The notes below the pieces were generated by a model. That model worked only from the letters and a program-made list of their open reading frames with translations. It searched no databases and was not told the origin of the DNA. Below, piece after piece: positions 41,559-50,440 of a stretch of DNA of 64,000 bases. The position numbers and the translations under genes are program-made. The stretch covers positions 96,001-160,000 of the forward strand of contig CAVWFS010000005.1 in assembly GCA_963754315.1 (NCBI GenBank), written 5' to 3'. This DNA is from an uncultured Candidatus Rokubacteria bacterium (GTDB lineage Bacteria; Methylomirabilota; Methylomirabilia; Rokubacteriales; CSP1-6). Each line of letters opens with the position of its first letter. The stretch's first letter is position 1.

Positions 41559-42164
41559 CTACCCCCCGGTCGCCGCCGGCTCACCCAGCGACAGCATCAG
41601 GCGATTGGCCCAGTTGAAGAACGCCGCGGCGTGGATAACGTCGGCGATGGCCAGATCGTCGAGCCCTGAACGGCGCAGGCGATCCACATGCTCCGGTCCG
41701 AAGGCCATCGGTGTGGCCGTCAGCGCCACCGAGGCCGCGACGATGGCATTCCAGCGCTCTCCGAGATCCGCGGTGACGCCGTCGTCGAGCAGTCGTTGAA
41801 CATCTGCCTCGCGCTTCGAATAGGTCGCCGCGAAGCGCGCATGCACCGAGGCACAGTAGAGGCACCCGTTGGACCGAGACGTCGCGGCGGCCGCCAGCTC
41901 GCGCTCGGCTCGCGGCAGACCGGCATCGGGGTTGTAGAAGATGTCCTTGTCCGTTCGCGTCCTGGCCTCCAGCGCGTCCGGATCACGGGCCAGCAGGCGG
42001 AAATACGGCGACTTCACCCGGGCGGCGTCCACGAGACTCGCCAGGTGGCGCTCGGTCATCGCGTCGATCGCCAGCGGTTCGAGCCACGGCAGCCATTCGA
42101 GCTGGGCCCGGGTAAAGGCAACGGGAGCCGTGTGGTCGGGCGGAATCAGGACCGTATCGGGCAT
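41559..42164 (-). CDS. Alkylhydroperoxidase-domain protein (Avi_7169-like)
   Basis: ERELAAAATSRSNGCLYCASVH, FFNWANRLM. Confidence 0.85.
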   Translation of the reverse strand: MPDTVLIPPDHTAPVAFTRAQLEWLPWLEPLAIDAMTERHLASLVDAARVKSPYFRLLARDPDALEARTRTDKDIFYNPDAGLPRAERELAAAATSRSNGCLYCASVHARFAATYSKREADVQRLLDDGVTADLGERWNAIVAASVALTATPMAFGPEHVDRLRRSGLDDLAIADVIHAAAFFNWANRLMLSLGEPAATGG

Positions 42165-42180
42165 GGCAGAACCTCGCGTG

Positions 42181-42789
42181 TCAGGGGCGGCCGGCAAGGG
42201 TGCGCAATCCGGCCACCACCCGAACCTGAAAAGACAGGAAGGCAACGATCTGGGAAAGGGTCACGATGCCGGTCGTGGACCAGCCGGCGTCCAGCAGCGC
42301 CTGCAGCGCTTCCGGCGTGGCGTCGCGCGGATGAAAGACGAGCAGGTGCACGTGCTCGAACGCCGCGGTGAGACGCCGACCGAGGGCGCGGCTGGTGTCG
42401 GCGGTCCACGCGATAGACGGGCCCGGCCACATCCTCGCGACTCAGCGGGCCCGCAGGGTAGTGGCCATAGGGACCGTGTGCCCCGGCGTCCGCAATGGCC
42501 GCGTCAAGCGCCTCCGCAGTGGCGCGGAGGCTCCGGCGGCGGCCAGACCCTCCGCGTAGAAAGCCGCCGTCCCCGCATTGCCGTGCAGGCCAGCGACGAA
42601 CGCGGCCACCGCGAAGCGCTCCTGGGCCGTGACGTCGCCCGGCGCCTGTGGCGCGAACAGCGCGCGGTAGGTGGCCTGTGCATGGATGCGCGCCTCCGGC
42701 CGACGGGCGCGGATGGCATCCAGAGGAGATCCGGGAACGATCCCGACCAGCGCATCGATGACGTCAGTGTCTGTCCCTGGCATGCTCAT
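42181..42789 (-). CDS. CMD-domain protein (Avi_7170-like; several frameshifts at 42430-42520)
   Basis: DVIDALVGI...ERFAVAAFVAGLH; AFEHVHLLVFHPRDA...SQIVAFLSFQVRVVAGL. Confidence 0.75.
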
Positions 42790-43880
42790 CGTCCTTTTGC
42801 CCCAGTCCCACTGGTGCCGTGATGTGCCGCATGGAGTTCCTGCCGGGGGCCGCGCGACCCGGCACGCTCCGTCAGCGCCCCCCACCCGAGCGCGGGGGCT
42901 ACCACTTCGGCGACCAGTTCGATCGATCTCAGAATGAAGGGATGCGGCGGATCGATCGAATGCACCTGAACCGCGAGGTCCGTCGCGCGGGTGAGCGTGC
43001 TGTCCGCCTGGAGCGAGGCGATCACATTGCCCGGCGTGCCGAGGTGAGCGTCCATCGCGGCGATCATTCCGCTCACCGATCCATCCCCGACGGTTCGGCC
43101 CAGCTTGGCCATGCGTGCCCGATGCCGCCCCAATCCCGCCTCGGCGAAGCGCAGGGCCTCCGTACGGTCGTCGGCCACGAACACCGTGCGCGAGGCCAGG
43201 ATGCGCGGTTCGCGGCCTGCGGGTAGCGCCGCCAGATACGCGTCGATCATCGGGTTCTGGATCTCGGCCAGCGACAGGTTGGGCGCGCCAGCCGGCCGCG
43301 GCTGGGTGCGCGAGAGCAGCAGACCGTCGCCGGCCGCGCCGGCTCGCCGCGCGCCGTCCACAGTGAAGGTGGCCTGCCAGATGCGCTCGACCAGGTGCGG
43401 GTTCGCCGGATACAGCCGATCCCCTCCAGGAAGTGGCTTCCCTGCCCAAGCGTCGCGCAGTATCTGCAGATGCCCGGCGAGCAGGACCCCGCGCTCAGCA
43501 CTGTCCTGGCCGAACGCCGCGAAGGCCGAGAGATTGCCTCCAGGTCCGACCCCCACCTCCAGCCGGCCGCCCGACATCAGGTCGAGCACCGCGGCGTCCT
43601 CGGCGACTCGGATCGGCAGTTCCAGCGGCAGGGTGACGATCCCCGTCCCCAGGCGGATCCGCGATGTCTGGACGGCGACCTGAGCCAGGAAGACCAACGG
43701 CGCGGGAAGGCCACCTTCATCCTCATGAAAATGATGCTGGGCGACCCAGACCGAGTCGAAGTGGAAGCGTTCTGCATGGAGGATCTGCGCGGTCGCCAGC
43801 CGGTAACGCTCGGCAGGGTCCGCCTGATCGAGCAGGCGCGTGAAGAAACCCAGGCGCTTGGGCGGCGGTCCAGTCGTCAT
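42786..43880 (-). CDS. FMN-dependent luciferase-like monooxygenase (KPN_01858-like)
   Basis: KRLGFFTRLLD, AQHHFHEDEGGLP, QVHSIDPPH. Confidence 0.88.
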   Translation of the reverse strand: MTTGPPPKRLGFFTRLLDQADPAERYRLATAQILHAERFHFDSVWVAQHHFHEDEGGLPAPLVFLAQVAVQTSRIRLGTGIVTLPLELPIRVAEDAAVLDLMSGGRLEVGVGPGGNLSAFAAFGQDSAERGVLLAGHLQILRDAWAGKPLPGGDRLYPANPHLVERIWQATFTVDGARRAGAAGDGLLLSRTQPRPAGAPNLSLAEIQNPMIDAYLAALPAGREPRILASRTVFVADDRTEALRFAEAGLGRHRARMAKLGRTVGDGSVSGMIAAMDAHLGTPGNVIASLQADSTLTRATDLAVQVHSIDPPHPFILRSIELVAEVVAPALGWGALTERAGSRGPRQELHAAHHGTSGTGAKGR

Positions 43881-44121
43881 CCGCCCCAGCTCGTGCTTCT
43901 GACGAGCGATGAAGAGCATCGATCGGCGCCATATCATCGCTCTCCGAATGCGGGAATGCCGTCTCGACCACGCCGCCATGGACCTGCCGGCCATTATGCA
44001 TCACCGGCCGGGGCCATCGAAGAGGACGCGATCTGGCGAATGGACCATTCGTTGTGGCCGGCGGCGACCGTTACGGGCCGCTGTGGACCAGCCGCGATGT
44101 GTCCAAGCCGCCGGACGTCGG

Positions 44122-45714
44122 TCAGGACGGCGCTGCCGACGGGCACGTGCGCCGTTGCGGCTGCACATCGACCTTGAGGTCGGTTCCGACGCGCCGGGCC
44201 ACCAGCACGCCGTCGCGGTCGAAGACGGTCTCGAAAGGCCCACCGGCCGCCAGCATGTCCGCGACGAGCGACTTCTGCGCCGCACCCACCTGGGTACGGT
44301 CGATGGCGAGGTAGTCGATCGTCGTCGGGTCGGGCAGGTTATCGCAGTTGCGGTGCGCCCACACGTTCGGCACGAACGGGTTGGGCCAGTCGTAAATTGC
44401 GCGCCGGTGTGACAGGTGCGGGAGCAGGCTGTAGGTCGCCGAGACGGCCGCAGTGGCGGGCACGTGCCCCAGCGCCTCGCGCATCGCGGCGTGGCGTGGC
44501 GATGGCCGGGCCCACACCGATAGGTAGGCGTTGCCAATCGGCGACGGTGACCAGGCAACGTTCGTGATGTAGGCACAGAGAATCATCCATACCGGAAGCA
44601 CGAGCCGCATGGCCCGGAAACGCCAGAGCCACCAGGCGCCCTCGATGGCCGAGATGACAATGGGCGCAATCATCACCGCGGTGTACTGATACTTGATCAT
44701 CCGGGCGTACGGGCTGCCCCCGATGACGCTGGCCAGCATCTGCGGCAGCGCCATCGTGAGCGTCAGCGGTCCTGCCAGGGGCAGGCTGCCCCAGGGGAGG
44801 AGAAGGTCGCGAAAGAATCGGAGGCGATCGGGCTGGACGGCGTCGTTCACCACCCGGTCCGGATGGCGGAGGATCGCAAACGCGACCTCGGGCAGGCTCT
44901 TCCCGTAGCTACCGTAGAAGAATTCGACATAGAAGGGCGCCCGGCCTTGGTTGAAGTGCGGAAGGACGACGGCGACCGCGACGGCGTACCACGCGAGCCC
45001 CAAAGCCACGGCTGCCAGGACCATTCGCCGGGCGCGATCGTACCCAGGGCGTCCCCGCTGGTAGACGAGGAGCACGAGCCCCATCATCACCACGGCCAGG
45101 GCCGTCTCCTCCCGCATCGACAGCGCGAGCAGCACCGCGCCGAAGAACCAGCCCCATTGCTGCCGGGTGGCGAACCACCAGGCGAACAGCATCGGCAAAA
45201 TCACCAGGGCCTCGGGGTGGAACATCGCCCAGCTGATCCACTGGACCGGGGCGTACATCAGGTAGACGAATGCGAAGAGCAGGCCAATCCACGGCCGCTC
45301 GAAGCGGTCGCGCGCGATGAGGTACGTGGGCACGGCGCCCAAACCGAGGAAGCCTGCCTGCACCGCGTACAGGAACGAGGGGCCGGCGCCGAGCCAGTAG
45401 AAGGGCGTGAACGCGAACGCGATGAGGTTGAGGTGATGGCCCCAGAAGTCGAGGCCGCGGACGGTCATGAACGTGCTGCCGCCCTGGGAGACGAGCCAGA
45501 AGCCCTGGTCGTAGATCCCCATGTCGTACGACCATGTTCCGAAGTTACGGTGGTTCTGAACGGCCAGCCGGCCGAAGAGCACGACCCAGGCGACCGTCAT
45601 CGCGCCGACGCACGCACCCGCGGGGTGCACCGCCAGCAGCCGCTCGACACCAAGCCCGACGATCGCGCGCAACCGACGCGAGGCGGAGACTGCCGGGGCT
45701 ATCGCTTCGGCCAT
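44122..45714 (-). CDS. DUF2079 polytopic membrane protein (GT-C-like)
   Basis: SYDMGIYDQ in first loop, GHH, FHPE, REE, YQY, PHLSHR; about 10 hydrophobic segments. Confidence 0.75.
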   Translation of the reverse strand: MAEAIAPAVSASRRLRAIVGLGVERLLAVHPAGACVGAMTVAWVVLFGRLAVQNHRNFGTWSYDMGIYDQGFWLVSQGGSTFMTVRGLDFWGHHLNLIAFAFTPFYWLGAGPSFLYAVQAGFLGLGAVPTYLIARDRFERPWIGLLFAFVYLMYAPVQWISWAMFHPEALVILPMLFAWWFATRQQWGWFFGAVLLALSMREETALAVVMMGLVLLVYQRGRPGYDRARRMVLAAVALGLAWYAVAVAVVLPHFNQGRAPFYVEFFYGSYGKSLPEVAFAILRHPDRVVNDAVQPDRLRFFRDLLLPWGSLPLAGPLTLTMALPQMLASVIGGSPYARMIKYQYTAVMIAPIVISAIEGAWWLWRFRAMRLVLPVWMILCAYITNVAWSPSPIGNAYLSVWARPSPRHAAMREALGHVPATAAVSATYSLLPHLSHRRAIYDWPNPFVPNVWAHRNCDNLPDPTTIDYLAIDRTQVGAAQKSLVADMLAAGGPFETVFDRDGVLVARRVGTDLKVDVQPQRRTCPSAAPS

Positions 45715-45953
45715 GCCGCGCGGCCGGACGCGATCTCGCGATCAGGACGTCGTCTCATCCCGCATCGTCGCGGCCCACCATGCCATTCGTCCGCGAGGGC
45801 AGTCAAGCGCAGCCACAAGGCCCCGCAACAGCAAGGCGCCGTGAGACTCTTGAAGTCCGAGCGCCGATGGGCTAGAGTGCCGCAAGTCATGGGGCCTCGA
45901 CCGCGGCGGGCTGACACGTCGTCATCGCTCGCCGCTGCTCCCTCCCCGGCTCC

Positions 45954-47495
45954 GTGAGCAGGGCGCTGCCGCCAGACACTCTGATCGACATCCTGGGACA
46001 CGTCTCACCCGCCTCGCCGTTCTTTGCCCGCGCGAGCCACGTGCTCGACAAGGTGCTCGCGCCCAACAACAGCTACGTACGTCCCGCCCCGCGTAGCTCG
46101 AAGTTCTTGACGGTCGCCATGGCGACCTACGACGACTTCGACGGCGTGTACTTCACCGTCCAGTCAATCTGCGTCTTCCATCCGGAAGTGGCGGACGAGA
46201 TCGATTTCCTCGTGCTCGACAACCATCCCGAAGGTCCCGGTGCAGAGGCCCTGCGCCGCCTGACCAACTGGATTCCGAACCTGCGTTACCTGCCTTACAC
46301 CCGGACTCGGGGTACCGCCGTGCGCGATGTGCTCTACCGCGAGTCCACGTCCGAGTTCGTCCTCTGCGTGGACTCCCACGTGCTCATTCCGCCGGGAGCG
46401 CTAGCGCGTCTGATCGCGTACCTGAAGGCCCACCGAGATACTCGCGACCTGCTCCACGGCCCGCTGCTCTACGACGATCTGCGGAATCTCTCGACGCATT
46501 TCGCGCCGGAGTGGCGCGGCGGAATGTACGGAACCTGGGCCACCGACTCCCGTGGCGCCGATCCTGAGGCGGAGCCGTTCGAGATTCCCATGCAGGGTCT
46601 TGGCCTCTTCGTGTGCCGGCGCGACGCGTGGCCGGGCTTCAACCCGCGGCTGCACGGGTTCGGCGGCGAAGAAGGGTATATACACGAGAAGGTGCGCCGC
46701 GCGGGTGGACGGGTCCTCTGCCTACCATTTCTCAGGTGGCTGCATCGGTTCGGCCGCTCGAACGGCATCCGATACCGGAACGTGTGGGAGGATCGGATCC
46801 GGAACTACGGCCTCGCCCACGACGAGCTGGGCTGGGACCTGGCCCCCATGTTCGAGCACTTCCGCGAGGTGGCGGGGGTGGAGCCGACCGAGAGCGCCGC
46901 TCGCAGCCTGGCCCGAGAGCTGGCCAGCCCCTTCCACTATTTCGACGCAATCTACTGCCTCAGTCCGGCAAGCGCGTCAGAGGTCGGTCACGATGCCGCC
47001 AAACGGTTCGAGCAGCTAGGCATTGCGGCGCGTGTCCGCCGGTTCGATGCGATCGAAACCCCCGCCCATCCTCGCATCGGCCGCGCGCTGTCCCACCGCG
47101 CGATCCTGGACGAGGCCGACCGCTATGGCTTCCAGAACGTGCTCGTTCTGCATGAGGAGTCCGTGCTCGGCGATGCGGTCCTCGACGAGCTCCCACGCCG
47201 CCTGGGCGACATGGCACAACGGCCCTGGTGGACGCTCACGCTCGGCGAGGATTCCATGGTGGCGGCATACGACAGTCAGGGTGTGCGCGAGTCGCTCGGG
47301 CAGCCGTCGCCGGATCCGTCGCGCCTGAGCGCCATCGCCTACAACCGCCCCGCCTTCGCTCCGCTGCTCGCGGAGCTGCCGGACACGCCCAGTCTGATGG
47401 CGCTGTGGTTACGGCGGCTGCGGGTAGCCCATGAAGGCCCCGCATATGAGCGGCAGGGACCACGGTTGGCCGCGCATGAGGTCGGGACGTGGTAG
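45954..47495 (+). CDS. Two-domain glycosyltransferase: GT-A (GT2/GT27-like) + GT25-like
   Basis: LTVAMATYDD, LVLDN, LCVDSH, PMQGLGLF, FGGEE, HRFGR; then FDAIYCLS, RRFDAI, GRALSHRAIL, NVLVLHEE. Confidence 0.8.
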   Translation: MSRALPPDTLIDILGHVSPASPFFARASHVLDKVLAPNNSYVRPAPRSSKFLTVAMATYDDFDGVYFTVQSICVFHPEVADEIDFLVLDNHPEGPGAEALRRLTNWIPNLRYLPYTRTRGTAVRDVLYRESTSEFVLCVDSHVLIPPGALARLIAYLKAHRDTRDLLHGPLLYDDLRNLSTHFAPEWRGGMYGTWATDSRGADPEAEPFEIPMQGLGLFVCRRDAWPGFNPRLHGFGGEEGYIHEKVRRAGGRVLCLPFLRWLHRFGRSNGIRYRNVWEDRIRNYGLAHDELGWDLAPMFEHFREVAGVEPTESAARSLARELASPFHYFDAIYCLSPASASEVGHDAAKRFEQLGIAARVRRFDAIETPAHPRIGRALSHRAILDEADRYGFQNVLVLHEESVLGDAVLDELPRRLGDMAQRPWWTLTLGEDSMVAAYDSQGVRESLGQPSPDPSRLSAIAYNRPAFAPLLAELPDTPSLMALWLRRLRVAHEGPAYERQGPRLAAHEVGTW

Positions 47496-47566
47496 TGGAA
47501 AACGGCGAGGAGGATCGCGGGCGCGCCGTCAGGCCGGCAACAACACACGATTGCTCAGGAGATCAC

Positions 47567-48300
47567 ATGCCACACACGCTCTTCGTCCGCCCGGAGTCGG
47601 ATCGCTTCCTGGTCGAACCGCTGCCTGATGGGTCAGCTGCCGTCTTCGATTCGGCTTCAGAGTCTGTTCACTCGCTCAATCAGACCGCGGCGCTGGTCTG
47701 GGAGTGTTGCAGCGAACCGGCTGCGCTGGCCGACATCGCGGACGTTGTGCGGCGGGTGACCGGGCTGCCGGAACCGCGCGCGGTCGCCGAAGACGCGCTG
47801 AATCAACTCCAGCGTTCCGGGCTCGTCGAGGCGCGCCGGGTGGACGACGATGGCCTGCCCTCCCGGCGGACGGCGTTGCGGATGATCGGGCGTGGGTCGT
47901 CAATCGCCTTCCTCGCGCCGCTCGTGCAGACGATGACCGTGGGTCAGCAGCATGCCCTCGCCCAGGGGGTTGGATCGCCAGTTACGACGACCCTGGCGCC
48001 GACCACGACCTCCTCGACGACGACCCTGCAGCCGACCACGACCACGACCCTCAGACGACTACAACCACGACCCTGCAGCTCGACTACAACCACGACCCTG
48101 CGAGCCGACCACAACCACGACCCTGAGAGCTCGACCACGACCTCGACGACCTACGACCACCACCCAGGAGCGTCGACCACGACCTCGACGACCTCAACCA
48201 CCACCCAGGAGGCGACCACGACCTCGACGACCACAACCACGACCCTAGGAGGCGACCACGACCACGACGCTCACCACCACTACCACTGCCACCGGCGTAG
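47567..48300 (+). CDS. PqqD/RRE domain fused to twin-arginine leader and Thr-rich repeat tail (RiPP-precursor-like; 3' end uncertain because of indels)
   Basis: AGGAG + ATG 47567; AVFDSASESVHSLNQTAALVWECC...ALNQLQRSGLV; SRRTALR...ALAQG; ACC/ACG repeats. Confidence 0.8.
47983..48295 (+). repeat. Low-complexity coding repeat of Thr codons, approximately (T)4-6-L/Q-[QE]-x units
   Basis: Recurring gaccacgacc, acaaccacgaccctg, cgaccacgacctcgacgacc. Confidence 0.85.
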
Positions 48301-48371
48301 ATTGGAGCGACGAACGGACAGTGATGCCACCGACAGCGCTGGCCCCGACGGCGGCTGGGTGAGGATTCCGA

Positions 48372-49211
48372 GTGCCGGAGGCGCGAGGCCTCGCTGACGA
48401 CCGCGCTCCGTCAGCCGGCGAGGGGATCTGCCGCATCCGTCCGTTAGGCGTGGGGATCGCGGTATCGTGCGAGCCGCCACTCCTCCCCGCAGTCGAGCGT
48501 CTGCTGGCGCCCTGGATCCACGATCGGCCCATCGAGGCCGACGACGTGTGTGTGCGGATCGGCCGGTCGCCGACGGACTCGTCGGATCACCAGTACGAGC
48601 TCCGTGACACGAGCGGGGTGCTCGTGGCCGCGGCCGGTCCGGACGACCTCATGACGTGCCTTCAGAACTGGCTCGACCGCGAAGTGGCGTACCGCGCGAC
48701 CCACGTCACGGCCGTGCACGCCGGCGTCGTGGCCTGGGGCGAACGGGCCGTCATGCTGCCGGCCCCGAGCGGCGCGGGCAAGACCACACTGGTCGCCGCC
48801 CTGCTCGAGCGCGGCGCGCGCTATTACTCCGACGAGCTGGCGCTGCTGGATCCGGACGGGTGGGTCCATCCATACCCGCGCCGCCTCATGGTTCGCGATC
48901 ACCTCGGCCGGAGCCGGGCGACCCCGCCGGAGGCCTTCGGCGCACAGACCGGAATCACAGCCCTCCGGGTAGGCGTGATCCTCGATCTGCGCTTCGAGGC
49001 GGCCGCGGGGCTTCGACTCGACCCCCTGCCCGCCAGCGAGGCGGTCCTGCTGCTTCTCGCCAACACGGCCCATCGGTTGTCCTCTGCCCACGCAGTGCCG
49101 CCGGCACTGCTCAAGGCGGCGGCCGGGGCCGCCTCGTACCGCGGCCGGCGCGGCAATGCCCAGGACGCCGCCGACGCGATTCTGCGGCTGATGGAGCGCA
49201 CCGCTGAATGA
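48372..49211 (+). CDS. HPr kinase-related P-loop kinase (start uncertain)
   Basis: VHAGVV, APSGAGKTT, YYSDELALL, PYPRRL. Confidence 0.85.
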   Translation: MPEARGLADDRAPSAGEGICRIRPLGVGIAVSCEPPLLPAVERLLAPWIHDRPIEADDVCVRIGRSPTDSSDHQYELRDTSGVLVAAAGPDDLMTCLQNWLDREVAYRATHVTAVHAGVVAWGERAVMLPAPSGAGKTTLVAALLERGARYYSDELALLDPDGWVHPYPRRLMVRDHLGRSRATPPEAFGAQTGITALRVGVILDLRFEAAAGLRLDPLPASEAVLLLLANTAHRLSSAHAVPPALLKAAAGAASYRGRRGNAQDAADAILRLMERTAE

Positions 49212-50318
49212 GACGCTCGACCGAGGGAGGGCGAGCCGACGCCGGCCCTCGTGGCAGCCGTCTCCGTCGCAGGCGCGGCTGCTCCATGCGTGTCTCGAGC
49301 CACCTGACCGTCACGGTGGGCAGCTCGATGCGTGGTGCCGCCACTACGCGGATCGACCACTCGAAGACGACACGCGCAGCCTGCTGCCATTCGTATTCGG
49401 GCGGCTCATGGATGCCGGCCTTGACACGGACATCGTCCAGAAGGCAAAGGCCGCCTACCTGGAGACGTCATGGCAGAACCTGGCGCGCGTTGCGCGGCTG
49501 CTCGTTGTGCTCCGGCGATTCGAGGAGGCGGGCATCCCGGCGGTGCTGCTCAAGGGCGCGGCGCTGGCGCTCCGGTACTATCGGAATTTCGGCATGCGGT
49601 CGATGGCTGACATCGACCTCCTCGTCCATCCCGCCGATGTGCGCCGCGCGGCCGCGCTGCTGGCCGATCTGGGTGGACCGCAAGCGGGGTCGCCAGGTCC
49701 GACCTGTTACCCACGAAGATGCGCGTGCTCCACGCCTGGCCCTTCGAGGCCGCGCCCCTGCACAGCCTCGATCTGCACTGGACGCTCAACGTCCGGTCGC
49801 CGGAGGTCGACGCGATGCTCTGGGCGGCTACCGAAACCTTCGAGGTGGAGTCGACCACGGTACGGGCGCTGAGCCCGGCCGATCAGGTCCTTCATGTCTG
49901 CACGCACGCCGTGCAGCCGACCTGGTCGCCGTCCCCTCGCTGGATCGTGGATGTCATGACCGTGCTCGATGCCCCCGGCACGCGAATCGACTGGGCGCGA
50001 ATGGTCGAAGTGGCCCGGCGGACGAACGCGACCGTTCGCTTGCATGCGGCGCTCGTCGAGCTGATGCCCTACGCGTCTGACCGGGTCCCCGCGTCTGTCG
50101 TGGACGAGCTGAGCTCCGCCGCCGCTCCGCGATGGGAGCAGCGCGAGCTCGTGCTGTTTTCACGGATCCCGCCCTTCAGCAAGCTCGACGTCCTTCTGTG
50201 GCACTGGTATCTGTTCCGGCGACTTCGTCCATCCGACCGGTCCTGGTCAACCCGGCCGATCCTCGTCGGCTTCCTCGATTACCTGCGGCTCAATCTGAAG
50301 ATGCGCGGCTGGGGTTGA
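49208..50318 (+). CDS. NTP_transf_5-family nucleotidyltransferase (at least two frameshifts, ~49230 and ~49690)
   Basis: WQPSPSQARLL...SLLP, LLKGAALA, RSMADIDLLV, LDLHW, LHVCTH, RWIVD, IDW; ATGA overlap with kinase. Confidence 0.85.
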
Positions 50319-50440
50319 TGAAGACGACGAACCGTGTCTTTTCGCGTGCAAGTCCCCGCCGAGCCCCGCCAGTGCGGTAGACGATCGCGGAGCTCTCAAG
50401 AAATGGTGCGCCGCGGGCCTGATCACGGTACCGTGCGTGC

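Noticed and set aside
47983..48295. CRISPR-like array
   Set aside because: It is a low-complexity codon repeat with no unique spacers and no cas genes. The tandem repeats at 26323 and 39162 also lack spacers.
48060..48397. His/Asp-rich metal-binding tail (DHNHD, DHDHDAHHHYHCH)
   Set aside because: These are the alternative-frame reading of ACC/ACG Thr codons after indels.
47567..50318. Lasso peptide or PQQ biosynthetic cluster
   Set aside because: There is no asparagine-synthetase-like cyclase, transglutaminase-like peptidase, lasso-type precursor or pqqBCE in the window.
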